Of a stretch of 64,000 nt of DNA, positions 54,910-64,000 are shown one piece after another (position 1 is the first letter of the stretch; each line of letters begins with the position of its first letter). A model generated the notes under the pieces. It saw only the letters and a program-made list of their open reading frames with translations, had not been told where the DNA came from and ran no database searches. This DNA comes from Ruminococcaceae bacterium UBA1375. GTDB lineage: Bacteria; Bacillota; Clostridia; Oscillospirales; Ruminococcaceae. The stretch spans positions 3,409 to 67,408 of the forward strand of contig DBRF01000006.1 in assembly GCA_002305795.1 (NCBI GenBank), in the 5' to 3' direction. A program made the translations under genes and the position numbers.

Positions 54910-55279
54910 TTTTCTTCCCCCTTTCCAAAAGAGGGAAAACATCCATTCATAATTAGAAGTTGCTCACCTCTTTCCAAAAACTTGCGTTAAAACGCAGCAT
55001 AAATTTGGGTAAATGAGAAGAGCCAACCGCTTACCGTTTTGTTTCGTCCTTCCCCTGAAGAAATATCTTCAAGTAGACTTGCGTCGTGGCTTTATTGTAG
55101 CATGGTTCCTGTTTTCTGTCAATTTGAATTTGAAAGTAAAAAAGGATGCCTTCTCTTTACCTCCCTTTTACCCCGAAAAAACCATGATTTTCCTTGCGTC
55201 TCACCCTCTGCAGTGTTATAATGGTACAGTGAACGATTGTTGATTTTTGCCATACAAACGGGAGAGAGGAGAATCACAG

Positions 55280-55951
55280 GTGATTGCTATCGCCATCGAC
55301 GGTCCCGCCGGGGCCGGAAAGAGCACCATCGCCCGTCTCACCGCCAAAAAGCTGGGGTACCTCTATGTGGATACCGGGGCTTTGTATCGCACGGTGGGAT
55401 ATGCCGCCAAGCTGCGGGGGATTGACCCCGCCGACGAACCGCAGGTAGCCGCCATGCTGCCGGACATTGCCGTGGATTTGAGCTTTGATAAGGACGGGGT
55501 GCAGCAGACCCTGCTCAACGGACAGGACGTGTCCGGCCAGATCCGCAGCCCGGAAATGAGCCGTTACGCTTCCCAGGTTTCCGCCCACAAGGCAGTGCGG
55601 GAGTACCTGCTGTGGTTGCAGCGGAAGCTGGCCAAGGAGCACAATGTGATTATGGACGGCCGGGACATCGGCACCACCGTGCTGCCCCACGCCGATCTGA
55701 AGATCTACCTCACCGCCACCCCCGAGGACCGGGCCCGGCGGCGGTTTGACGAGTACCTCTCCAAAGGGGTATCGGTGGATTATGATAAATTGTTAAACGA
55801 CATCAAGCAGCGGGACTACGACGATTCCCACCGGGAAATCTCCCCCCTGCGCCGGGCCGAGGACGCAAAGCTGGTGGACACCTCCGGCAACACTCTGGAG
55901 GAATCCCTGGAGTTGATGGAGGCCATGATCCGCCGGCATCTGGGAATTTGA
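55280..55951 (+). CDS. cmk: (d)CMP kinase
   Basis: 223 aa from GTG 55280 (SD gagAGGAGaatcacag; the ORF opens at 55247). It has the P-loop IAIDGPAGAGKST. Confidence 0.9.
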   Translation: MIAIAIDGPAGAGKSTIARLTAKKLGYLYVDTGALYRTVGYAAKLRGIDPADEPQVAAMLPDIAVDLSFDKDGVQQTLLNGQDVSGQIRSPEMSRYASQVSAHKAVREYLLWLQRKLAKEHNVIMDGRDIGTTVLPHADLKIYLTATPEDRARRRFDEYLSKGVSVDYDKLLNDIKQRDYDDSHREISPLRRAEDAKLVDTSGNTLEESLELMEAMIRRHLGI

Positions 55952-55967
55952 GAGAGGAGCTGCCTTT

Positions 55968-56588
55968 ATGAGTTTACGGTTTTACCGCTTCGCCAAAGTG
56001 GTCTGCAATGTGGTGTGCAAGCTGTGGTTTAAGCTGGAGTATTACGGCATGGAAAATCTGCCCAAGGACCGGGGCTATATCCTGGTGGGCAACCACCAGT
56101 CCTATTGGGACCCGGTGATGATGGGCCTGAAGCTGGACACCACCCTGACTTTTATGGCCAATGAAAAATTGTTCCACAAACCGGTGCTGGCGCCGGTGAT
56201 CCGGGGGCTGGGAGCCTTTCCGGTGAACCTGAAAAAGCCGGACATGACCGCCATCCGCACCGCCAAAAAGGTGGTGAAGGACGGCAAGGTGCTGGCCCTG
56301 TTCCCCGAAGGCACCCGCAGCCACGACGGCAAGCTGCTGAAGTTCAAGGGCGGGGTGATTTACATCGCTTCGGTCACCGGGGAAGACGTGGTGCCGGTGT
56401 GCATCACCTACCAAAACGGGGGCAAGTTCCGCAGCCGGATTTTGATCCGCTACGGAGAGGTGATTCCCAACCGGGAAATCCTGGAAGGGAAAAAGAAGGA
56501 CACCGAATCCATGCGCCAGGCGGCCGCCAAGTTCCAGGCTGTGGTGCAGCGGCTCCAGGATGAAAACTTGGCGGTGATTGGGAAATGA
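55968..56588 (+). CDS. plsC: 1-acyl-sn-glycerol-3-phosphate acyltransferase
   Basis: 206 aa with the HX4D motif NHQSYWDP and FPEGTRS. Confidence 0.9.
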   Translation: MSLRFYRFAKVVCNVVCKLWFKLEYYGMENLPKDRGYILVGNHQSYWDPVMMGLKLDTTLTFMANEKLFHKPVLAPVIRGLGAFPVNLKKPDMTAIRTAKKVVKDGKVLALFPEGTRSHDGKLLKFKGGVIYIASVTGEDVVPVCITYQNGGKFRSRILIRYGEVIPNREILEGKKKDTESMRQAAAKFQAVVQRLQDENLAVIGK

Positions 56589-58552
56589 CCATCCGTTTGG
56601 CCAAAAGCGCTGGCTTCTGCTTTGGGGTGAACCGGGCGGTGAATTTGGTGTACGACCTGATTCCCACCGGCGGCTGCATCAAGACCCTGGGTCCCATTAT
56701 CCACAACCCCCAGGTGGTGGAGGATCTGGCTCAAAAAGGGGTGGAAATCCTGGACTCCCCGGAGCAGGCCAAGGCGGGGGACAAAGTGGTGATCCGCTCC
56801 CACGGGGTGGACGCTGCCACCGAAGAGGCCCTGCGGCAAACCGGGGCAGAGGTGGTGGACGCCACCTGCCCCTTCGTGGCAAAAATTCACCGAATCGTCC
56901 GCACCGCATCCCAAGAGGGCAAAACCGTGCTCATTGCAGGGAACCCGGACCATCCCGAAGTCCAGGGCATTGTGGGGCACTGCCAAGGGGAATGTTATGT
57001 GGCCCAATCCCTCCAGGAATTGGAAAAGATTCTAAAGGAAACCGGGGCGGGCAGTGTCAAAAATGCAATATTGGTGGCCCAAACCACCTTCAATACTGAA
57101 ATTTGGGAAAATTTCATAAATTCGGCAAAAAAACTATGTACAAAACTTGAGTTTTTTGATACAATATGTAATGCGACAAACCAGCGCCAGAAGGAAGCCA
57201 TCCGGCTGGCGCAGGAAAGTGACAGAATGATCGTCATCGGGGGGCGGCACAGTTCCAACACCCACAAGCTCTACGAGGTGTGCAGCCGGTATTGCCCCAC
57301 CGTTTTGGTGGAAACCGCTGGGGAACTGGGTACGGTCGATCTGTCCGGCGCCGAACGCATCGGCGTCACTGCCGGGGCGTCCACCCCGGCGCACATAATC
57401 AAGGAGGTTCTACAAACCATGAGTGAAATCACTAGCAACGAAAACTTTGCGGAAATGCTGGAGCAAAACCTGAGCGACGATGCCAAGCTGTACACGGGCA
57501 AACGGGTCAAGGGTGTGGTCATTGACATCCGTCCCAATGAAGTTGTGGTGGATCTGGGCGCAAAACAGACCGGCTTTGTGGCCAAAGATGAAATGACCGA
57601 CAACTCTGACCAGAGCTTGGATCAGGTGGTCAGCAAAGGCGACGAGATCAATCTGATCGTTTTGAAGGTCAACGATCAGGAGGGAACGGTAGCTTGTTCC
57701 AAGAAGCGTTGCGATGCACAGGCCGGTTACGAAGAAATCAAGAAAGCCTTTGAGGAAGGCGCCGTACTGGAAGGCGTGATCACCAACGTGGTTAAGGGCG
57801 GCGTACTGGTGCTGTCCCATAATACAAAGGTGTTCATTCCCGCTTCCCAGGTGTCCGATCACCGGGTGGAAGACTTGAACACCATGCTCAAGAAGGAAGT
57901 CCGCTTTAAGATTCTGGAGATCAACGAACGCCGTGGCCGTGCTCTGGGCTCCATCCGTGCCGTGCTCAACGAAGAGAGAAAGGCTAAGGAAGAAGAGTTC
58001 TGGAACAACGTGGAAGTGGGCAAGAAGTACACCGGCGAAGTGAAGAGCCTGACCAGCTACGGCGCATTCGTAGACCTGGGCGGCGTGGACGGCATGATCC
58101 ACATCACCGAGCTGAGCTGGGGCAAGCTGAAGCACCCCTCCGAAGTGGTCAACGTAGGCGACGTGGTGGAAGTGTACGTCAAGGATCTGGATCCCGAACG
58201 CCGCCGCATCTCCCTGGGCTACAAGAAGAGCGAAGACAACCCCTGGAACATCTTTATGAGCAAGTACCAGATCGGCGATGTGGTGAAGGTGAAGATTGTT
58301 TCCTTTACCAACTACGGGGCTTTTGCCACCATCATCCCCGGCATCGACGGCTTGATCCACATTTCCCAGATCGCCAACCAGAGAGTGGAAAAGATCTCCG
58401 ACATCCTGACTCTGGGCGAAGAGGTGGATGTGAAGATCATCGACATCAACCCCGAAAACAAGCGGGTCAGCCTCTCTATGCGGGCTCTGCTGCCGGAAAC
58501 CGATCAGAAGATCGTCCGCAGCAGCGACGATGAGGACGAGGGCGAAGAATAA
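56585..58552 (+). CDS. ispH: bifunctional 4-hydroxy-3-methylbut-2-enyl diphosphate reductase / ribosomal protein S1-like (IspH fused to four S1 domains)
   Basis: 655 aa. The N-terminal ~280 aa are IspH ([20 protein letters not shown]). The C-terminal part has repeated S1 RNA-binding domains. The cmk-plsC-ispH/S1 order is common in Clostridia. Confidence 0.92.
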   Translation: MTIRLAKSAGFCFGVNRAVNLVYDLIPTGGCIKTLGPIIHNPQVVEDLAQKGVEILDSPEQAKAGDKVVIRSHGVDAATEEALRQTGAEVVDATCPFVAKIHRIVRTASQEGKTVLIAGNPDHPEVQGIVGHCQGECYVAQSLQELEKILKETGAGSVKNAILVAQTTFNTEIWENFINSAKKLCTKLEFFDTICNATNQRQKEAIRLAQESDRMIVIGGRHSSNTHKLYEVCSRYCPTVLVETAGELGTVDLSGAERIGVTAGASTPAHIIKEVLQTMSEITSNENFAEMLEQNLSDDAKLYTGKRVKGVVIDIRPNEVVVDLGAKQTGFVAKDEMTDNSDQSLDQVVSKGDEINLIVLKVNDQEGTVACSKKRCDAQAGYEEIKKAFEEGAVLEGVITNVVKGGVLVLSHNTKVFIPASQVSDHRVEDLNTMLKKEVRFKILEINERRGRALGSIRAVLNEERKAKEEEFWNNVEVGKKYTGEVKSLTSYGAFVDLGGVDGMIHITELSWGKLKHPSEVVNVGDVVEVYVKDLDPERRRISLGYKKSEDNPWNIFMSKYQIGDVVKVKIVSFTNYGAFATIIPGIDGLIHISQIANQRVEKISDILTLGEEVDVKIIDINPENKRVSLSMRALLPETDQKIVRSSDDEDEGEE

Positions 58553-58599
58553 GAAACGCACAACCAGATCGTTTTATGAAGCACTCCCGCTAAAGAATC

Positions 58600-58639
58600 G
58601 GAGCAGGCAGGAGGACATCATCTTGCCTGCTCCTTTTTT
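58600..58639 (+). terminator. intrinsic terminator after ispH/S1
   Basis: ggagcaggca / tgcctgctcc stem followed by tttttt. Confidence 0.85.
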
Positions 58640-58660
58640 ATGGTGAAAGAGGAGGTTGCT

Positions 58661-59257
58661 ATGGCGGAAAAAACCAAAAAACAGGGCGCCAAGCGCTCTG
58701 CCCAGGTGGAATTCTGGGCGTACACCGTCCTTTACTTTGTACTGGGACTGCTGTTTTTGATTTTCAATCAGCAGCTTACCCTGATCATCTGTTATATTTT
58801 GGGTGCGGCCCTGCTGCTGGGCGGGGTGGTGCAGGTGGTGTCCTTTCTGGTCAACCGGGCGGAAACCACCTTGGCCGACCGGTTCGCCCTCTGTCTTGGG
58901 GTGCTGATCGGCATCGGCGGCGGGGTGATTTTGGCCATGCCGGGACTGCTCAGCGGGGTCATCAACTGGCTGTTCGGCATTGTGCTGATTGTGGACGGCA
59001 TCATTAAGCTGAAAACCGCTTTGGAAGCCAAACAGAGCAGCACCGGCTGGTGGCTGAGTTTAATCTTTGCCCTGGCTGCCTTCCTGCTGGGAGTGGTGCT
59101 GATGTTTATGCCGGTGGAACAGTCGGTGCTCACCATCTTTACCGGCATCTTCTTGATGGTGGTGGCGGTGCTCAACGGGGTGTCCTACGTTTATATCCGC
59201 AGGACGGTCAAAAAGGTGGAACAGGCCATCACCGAAGTGCAGTTTCCGCAAAACTGA
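58661..59257 (+). CDS. HdeD/DUF308-type membrane protein
   Basis: 198 aa from ATG 58661 (SD AGAGGAGGttgct). It has six hydrophobic segments with repeated G..L...G...I patterns typical of DUF308 (recalled). Confidence 0.6.
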   Translation: MAEKTKKQGAKRSAQVEFWAYTVLYFVLGLLFLIFNQQLTLIICYILGAALLLGGVVQVVSFLVNRAETTLADRFALCLGVLIGIGGGVILAMPGLLSGVINWLFGIVLIVDGIIKLKTALEAKQSSTGWWLSLIFALAAFLLGVVLMFMPVEQSVLTIFTGIFLMVVAVLNGVSYVYIRRTVKKVEQAITEVQFPQN

Positions 59258-59287
59258 CCCCATTGTAGGGAAAGGAGGAAACTGTGC

Positions 59288-60040
59288 ATGAAACCCAGCC
59301 GTTCCCCGGAACATTCTGCACCGAAAAAATCCCCGTGGAAAAAAAGCGGCACCGGCCTGATTCTAGGGCTGTCCCTGGGGGTGGGTATACTGCTGCTGGC
59401 CCTGCGGATTGCCCTGTGGGCGGCCTTTTTGATGGGAAGCGCCCTTCCTCTGGCCCAGCCGGAACTCCCCTCCCTCCCGTCCTGGGAGGAAAGCACCCCG
59501 CCTGATGACAACCAGCAGGAGGAACTGGAAGTACAGGCAGGCTGTGCGGTCTCGGGAGGGACCTACCGTTTGACCTGTGAGGAATATGTGGACGCTTTGG
59601 AAGAGGTGCTCTCCCGGTTTTACACCCAGGAAGTCGCTTTCCAGGAGGATGCTAGCCGCTGCTACCGGCTGTACCTGGACGGGGAAGAGACCCAGCTTCT
59701 GCTCCTCTTTTACCAAGGGGATTGGCAGGTGGGGGGAATCGAGCCCTTCCATACGGTGGAGGTGGTTTCCGCAGATGAGATGGCAGTCAATTCTGTGGGT
59801 TGCTATACCTGTGCGTCGGCCCTCTATCTGGTGGACTCCACTATGGACAGCCATCTGACGGCGCTGCAATTCATGGTGGATTGGGTGGAGTCTTGGCAGG
59901 AGTATCCCTTCTACTACAGCGGTTCAGGTGCTTTGCTCAGCCAGCTCACCCAGGACGATATTGTGGTAGAGGCTAATTTTAATTCCCAAGGATGGCCCCA
60001 CTCCTTGCGGTTTATGGACCGCACCGACTCCGGTTATTGA
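59288..60040 (+). CDS. membrane-anchored protein of unknown function (paralogous ectodomain to 60145..61719)
   Basis: 250 aa with SD aAAGGAGGaaactgtgc and one TM (GLILGLSLGVGILLLALRIALWAAFL). The ectodomain motifs TYRLTCEEYV...LLLFYQGDWQVGGIEPFHTV recur in the next gene. Confidence 0.65.
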   Translation: MKPSRSPEHSAPKKSPWKKSGTGLILGLSLGVGILLLALRIALWAAFLMGSALPLAQPELPSLPSWEESTPPDDNQQEELEVQAGCAVSGGTYRLTCEEYVDALEEVLSRFYTQEVAFQEDASRCYRLYLDGEETQLLLLFYQGDWQVGGIEPFHTVEVVSADEMAVNSVGCYTCASALYLVDSTMDSHLTALQFMVDWVESWQEYPFYYSGSGALLSQLTQDDIVVEANFNSQGWPHSLRFMDRTDSGY

Positions 60041-60144
60041 CGGAGCTGCTTTGGAATTCGTCTAACCGGAAAGAGAAACCAATCGTTCCCCATCGACCCC
60101 GCTCCGGAACGGAGCAACCCGTACTTATGGAAAAGGAGTTACCA

Positions 60145-61719
60145 ATGGAATCTATGGAAAAAAAGTGTCCGGTTTGCGGCAATGTGTTAAAACCGGAAGA
60201 AAAATTCTGCCCCAACTGCGGCACCCATTATCAGCCCCCTGCGGCCCCGGCGGCGGACCAGCCTACCCAGGTGTTGAGCCAGGAAGAAACTGCTTCGCCG
60301 GTCTATGACCAGCCCACCCAAGTGCTGAGCCAGGAAGAACCGGCCCAGACTTATCAGCCGGTGCAGCCCAATGTGCCCCCGGCTCAGCCGCAACAGCCGG
60401 CTCAGGCTTACCAGCCCGCTCAGGCCAATGTGCCTCCGGCCCAGTCAAACACTCCTCCTTACCAGCCCGTTCAACCGGCTCAGCAGCCTTATCCGGGACA
60501 GGGGGCAGGGTACATTCCCCAGTCCGGCCCGGTAGGGGCTAATCCCGCCCAGCCCGGCTATCCCGGCGGCTACATCCCCACTCCGGTAAACGGCATGAAC
60601 CCCGCCATGAACCAGGGCGCTACCCAGCCTCAGTTTGTTCCCCAGCCCCCGCCGAAGAAAAAGCACACCGGCCTGATTGTGGGACTGTCTGTGGGCGGCG
60701 GCGTGGTGCTGCTGGCCATCATTGCCCTGGTGCTGTGGTTCTTTGTGCTGGGAGGCAGCGGCGCTACCGGCGGCGGTGGAAGTACAGGCGGTCTTCGTCC
60801 CGGCAGCGTGATGAGCAGCAGCGACACCTACACTACCACCTGCGACGAATACATCCAGCAGTATGAATCCGCCCTCTCCTCCTTTACCGGAAGCACCATC
60901 ACCGTGGAGCAGTACGACAGCGAATCCAGCACCTATGCCATGGACTATGTAGTCCTGGAAAACGGAGTGGAAACCGATGTGCGGCTCTGCTTCTACGGAG
61001 ATGACTACCAGGTCATGGGCAGTGAAAGTTTCGACACCGTGATGATCGACTCCTGGGAAATCACCAACGAAATGAGCGATCTGGTGGTGGATTCCTGCGC
61101 CGCCGCTATGCTGCTGGCAGACGACCAGTGCAGCGATGCAAACACCGCCCGGGAGCAGATCCGTCAATGGGACCAAGACAGCGGCGGGGAAGACTGTGTG
61201 GAAACCCTCAACGGCATCACCTACGAATTCAGCTATCTCGACAGCGGGGAGTTCTCCTCTTTGTTTGTAGCGGACAGCGATGGAGAAGCGTATCTTTCCG
61301 GCAGCACCGGCGGTTCCGGCAGTTCCGGTGGTTCCGGCAGCTCCGGTGGTTACGGCTACACTTCTCCTTTGGGGGAATATGTGCCCAGTGAAGTGTACAC
61401 CAGTACCGGGGGAAGCCTTACCTACCGGGAGTACCTGGAACAGTTGGTGGAACAAAACGGAATGGACCTCAGCAGTACCGAAGCCCAGACCGCTATTGAA
61501 CAGGGTATGGACACCAGTTTCTACTTCCATTCCGACGGCACTGTGGATGTGGTGTTGAACGGAGGAGCTTCTCAGGAGGGCAGCTTTGTGATGTCCGGCA
61601 ACTGGGCGGAAGTGACCCTGGATGGTGTCACCGAATCCATGGAATACGACGGCAGCACCGACGTTTTGACCTTGGAAGATAACGGCGTGTACCTGGTGTT
61701 GGAGTACAACGGAATGTAA
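60145..61719 (+). CDS. zinc-ribbon domain protein with Pro/Gln-rich linker, one TM and a large extracellular domain
   Basis: 524 aa from ATG 60145 (SD aAAAGGAGttacca; the ORF opens at 59992). It has CPVCG..x..CPNCG, tandem QPTQVLSQEE and PAQ repeats, a TM (GLIVGLSVGGGVVLLAIIALVLWFFVL) and GGSGSSGG linkers. Confidence 0.75.
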   Translation: MESMEKKCPVCGNVLKPEEKFCPNCGTHYQPPAAPAADQPTQVLSQEETASPVYDQPTQVLSQEEPAQTYQPVQPNVPPAQPQQPAQAYQPAQANVPPAQSNTPPYQPVQPAQQPYPGQGAGYIPQSGPVGANPAQPGYPGGYIPTPVNGMNPAMNQGATQPQFVPQPPPKKKHTGLIVGLSVGGGVVLLAIIALVLWFFVLGGSGATGGGGSTGGLRPGSVMSSSDTYTTTCDEYIQQYESALSSFTGSTITVEQYDSESSTYAMDYVVLENGVETDVRLCFYGDDYQVMGSESFDTVMIDSWEITNEMSDLVVDSCAAAMLLADDQCSDANTAREQIRQWDQDSGGEDCVETLNGITYEFSYLDSGEFSSLFVADSDGEAYLSGSTGGSGSSGGSGSSGGYGYTSPLGEYVPSEVYTSTGGSLTYREYLEQLVEQNGMDLSSTEAQTAIEQGMDTSFYFHSDGTVDVVLNGGASQEGSFVMSGNWAEVTLDGVTESMEYDGSTDVLTLEDNGVYLVLEYNGM

Positions 61720-61753
61720 GAGATTTCGTTGAGGAAAAATAGGAAACAGAATC

Positions 61754-61789
61754 AGCCCGTTTCCGGTTTTGCCGGAGACGGGCTTTTTG
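61754..61789 (+). terminator. intrinsic terminator after the zinc-ribbon protein gene
   Basis: agcccgt / acgggct stem (with inner ccgg..ccgg pairing) followed by ttttt. Confidence 0.8.
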
Positions 61790-61792
61790 CGG

Positions 61793-61824
61793 CAAAAAAA
61801 TGCCGCCCGGAGATTCCGGGCGGC
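61793..61824 (-). terminator. intrinsic terminator for rfbD plus the LE-3 3' UTR
   Basis: The minus strand reads gccgcccggaatctccgggcggc followed by attttttt. Confidence 0.8.
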
Positions 61825-62106
61825 GGAGGTTGTGGAAAAAGGATTCGGTATGTTCGAAACAAGCCTTCGGCATGTTTCCGGATTGACCTGCCCTTGGCTT
61901 TACGCCATTGGGCAGGCGGATTCCGTTATACTATGCCACTTACTATGCTACATGGATGCACTGCCACGGACCCTTATAATAGACTCCGTATTGTTTGCGG
62001 GGCTTTGCCCCAGAATCCACTGTGTGGGATTCGACCCCACCATGCCTTCGGAAAAAAAGATTTTCAATCTTGTTTTCCTAAAAGGCTGGACCTAAACTTT
62101 ACGTTT
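61825..62106 (-). repeat. LE-family mosaic element (copy LE-3) between the rfbD stop codon and its terminator
   Basis: The minus strand reads gagCTGTAAaaacGTAAAGTTTAGGTCCAGCCTTTTAGG...CCGAAGGCATGGTGGGGTCGAATCCCACACAGTGGATTC...GGAATCCGCCTGCCCAATGGCGTAAAGCCAAGGGCAGGTCAATCCGGAAACAT...CTTTTTCCACAACCTC. It is collinear with LE-2. Confidence 0.8.
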
Positions 62107-62976
62107 TTACAGCTCTACCGGGTGATATTCCCCTACGTTTTTCAAGAACCGGGTCAGGGCGTCCTGCCAGGCAGGCAGGCGGTGGAATCCGGCCTGTTCC
62201 AGCTTGTCCTTGCTCATCCGGGAGTTTTTGGGGCGCACCGCCTTGGAAGCGCCGTACTCCTCGCTGGTCACCGGCTTGACGGTGACCTTTTTCCCGGCCT
62301 GGCGGAAGATCTCCACCGCAAAGTCGTACCAGCTGCACAGACCTTCGTTGGTGACGTGGTAGGTGCCGTACTGCTCGGTGCGGATCATCTCACACACCAG
62401 CTTGGCCACGTCGGGGCAGTAGGTGGGGGAACCAATCTGGTCGTTGACCACCGTTAAGGTGTCGTGGGTTTCACTCAGCCGCAGCATGGTGCGGATAAAG
62501 TTGTGGCCGTGGTCGGCAAACACCCAGCTGATCCGCAGGGTGAAGTACTTGGTAAGCAGCTCCTTCACTGCCTGTTCCCCTTCCAGCTTGGTAAGGCCGT
62601 AGAAGTTGCTGGGGCCGGTGGCGTCATCCTCCACATAGGGGGTGGTGCCGGTGCCGGGGAAGACGTAGTCGGTGGAGAAGTACATGAACTTGGCGTCCAG
62701 CTCTTTGGCGCACTGGGCCATGTTCCGGGTGCCCTCCACGTTTACTTTCCGGCAAACCTCCCGGCCTTCGTCCTCCGCCTTGTCCACGGCGGTGTAGGCG
62801 GCGCAGTGGACGATGACGTCCGGGGCATAGCCCAGCACTGCCTGTCGCACCGCTTTTTCATCGGTGAGGTCGAAGTCGTCGATGTCTACTCCCCAACAGG
62901 GGACGTTTTGTGCTTCCAGACAGGCGACCACATCGCCGCCCAGCTGTCCTTTCACGCCGGTGACTAATACTTTCAT
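62107..62976 (-). CDS. rfbD: dTDP-4-dehydrorhamnose reductase
   Basis: 289 aa with MKVLVTGVKGQLG and YGLTKLEGE (YxxxK). Confidence 0.92.
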   Translation of the reverse strand: MKVLVTGVKGQLGGDVVACLEAQNVPCWGVDIDDFDLTDEKAVRQAVLGYAPDVIVHCAAYTAVDKAEDEGREVCRKVNVEGTRNMAQCAKELDAKFMYFSTDYVFPGTGTTPYVEDDATGPSNFYGLTKLEGEQAVKELLTKYFTLRISWVFADHGHNFIRTMLRLSETHDTLTVVNDQIGSPTYCPDVAKLVCEMIRTEQYGTYHVTNEGLCSWYDFAVEIFRQAGKKVTVKPVTSEEYGASKAVRPKNSRMSKDKLEQAGFHRLPAWQDALTRFLKNVGEYHPVEL

Positions 62977-62984
62977 GGGAAATT

Positions 62985-63170
62985 ATCCTCCTAAACTTAA
63001 AAGTTTTTGGTCAGAAACACGCCGAAGGCTTGTTTCGCTTTTCTACAAAAAGCTGCTGGTGTCCATAACAAAAAGGGGAACCCACCGGTTCCCCTTAACT
63101 TGCTGCGAAACCGAAACGGTGTTCGTCTTGTTTTTGTAAAACGACGGTATCGTCGATACGTCAGCTTCGC
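62985..63170. repeat. LE-related hairpin-module fragment in the rfbB-rfbD spacer
   Basis: aacttaaaagtttttgg is shared with 2970 and 4754. gtcagcttcgctg is the reverse complement of cagcgaagctgac at ~14791. Confidence 0.4.
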
Positions 63171-63174
63171 TGGC

Positions 63175-64000
63175 TCAGCGATTGCCGTACATCTTCTCGT
63201 AATAGTTCTGATAATCCCCGTTGATGATGTTCTGCCACCACTGTTTGTGGGTCAGATACCAGTCAATGGTCTGCTTGATGCCCACATCGAAGGTGGTGGT
63301 GGGGCTCCAGCCCAGCTCGGTCTCGATCTTGGTGGGGTCGATGGCGTAGCGGCGGTCGTGGCCCTTCCGGTCGGTGACGAAGGTAATCAGGCTTTCCGGC
63401 TTGCCCAGCTCCTTGAGGATGGTCTTGACCACCTGGAGGTTGGTGCGTTCATTGTGGCCGCCCACGTTGTACACTTCCCCTTCCCGGCCGTTGTGGATCA
63501 CTTTGTCGATGGCGGCGCAGTGGTCCTTCACATACAGCCAGTCCCGGACGTTTTCCCCGGTGCCGTACACCGGCAGGGACTCGTCTGCCAGCGCCCGGGA
63601 GATGATCAGGGGGATCAGCTTTTCCGGGAAGTGGTAGGGGCCGTAGTTGTTGGAGCAGCGGGTGATGGTCACCGGCAAGCCGTAGGTGCGGTGGTAGGCC
63701 AGCACCAGCAGGTCGGCTCCCGCCTTGGAGGAGGAGTAGGGGGAAGAGGTGTGGATGGGGGTCTCTTCGGTGAAGAACAGGTCGGGGCGGTCCAGAGGCA
63801 GGTCGCCGTAAACTTCATCGGTGGAAACCTGGTGGTAGCGCTGAATGCCGTACTTGCGGCAGGCGTCCATCAGCACGGAAGTGCCCAAAATGTTGGTCTT
63901 CAGGAAAATTTCCGGGTTGACGATGGAGCGGTCCACATGGCTTTCCGCAGCAAAGTTCACCACGATGTCGAACTTTTCCTTCTCAAACAGGTCGTAGACG
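63175..64000 (-). CDS. rfbB: dTDP-glucose 4,6-dehydratase (N-terminus outside window)
   Basis: The frame is open to the window edge. Motifs: [21 protein letters not shown] and YSSSKAGAD (YxxxK). Confidence 0.92.
   Translation of the reverse strand, partial: VYDLFEKEKFDIVVNFAAESHVDRSIVNPEIFLKTNILGTSVLMDACRKYGIQRYHQVSTDEVYGDLPLDRPDLFFTEETPIHTSSPYSSSKAGADLLVLAYHRTYGLPVTITRCSNNYGPYHFPEKLIPLIISRALADESLPVYGTGENVRDWLYVKDHCAAIDKVIHNGREGEVYNVGGHNERTNLQVVKTILKELGKPESLITFVTDRKGHDRRYAIDPTKIETELGWSPTTTFDVGIKQTIDWYLTHKQWWQNIINGDYQNYYEKMYGNR

Overview
This window is a 64-kb chromosomal core segment of a high-G+C Firmicute. It is most likely a Clostridia/Oscillospiraceae-type anaerobe. That placement is inferred from gene content (ispH-S1 fusion, T-box leu operon, CIRCE/hrcA-grpE-dnaK-dnaJ) and protein sequences; no search was run.

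The coding content is almost entirely housekeeping:
- leuA-leuC-leuD-leuB, rarA, a DD-carboxypeptidase
- hrcA-grpE-dnaK-dnaJ, murA, an MBL hydrolase, rlmH, recD2, mreB
- gltX, a CNNM/hemolysin-type protein, ispD, purB
- secD-secF, secG, rnr, a MATE pump
- an RpiR regulator, a BaiN-like flavoprotein, trmB, a GT2 glycosyltransferase, asnB
- cmk-plsC-ispH/S1, rfbD and rfbB

I saw no rRNA, tRNA, CRISPR array, transposase, integrase or phage genes.

The unusual part is the non-coding space.
1. Six dispersed copies of a 330-440 bp module. Each has a near-consensus promoter, a structured leader, a strong SD and a 25-32 codon hydrophobic Lys-tailed peptide. A convergent near-consensus promoter drives a ~85-110 nt RNA into a shared terminator hairpin. 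This is a type I toxin-antitoxin-like architecture. The small RNA looks like a 5'-truncated paralogue of the toxin leader.
2. A modular (mosaic) intergenic repeat family, here called LE. It sits in 3' UTRs and between cistrons of the leu operon. In two cases it is bounded by a duplicated copy of the host gene's own terminal hairpin. It sometimes carries a tRNA T-arm-like submotif.
3. A GAATGAA-heptad/hairpin repeat family.
4. A small lower-G+C islet (a hypothetical protein plus a dockerin-bearing secreted protein) between purB and secD.
5. Two pairs of tandem paralogous membrane/lipoprotein genes of unknown function.

RNA ends are predictions from promoter and terminator motifs (about +/-10 nt). 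Family names for proteins are from memory of conserved motifs, not from searches.
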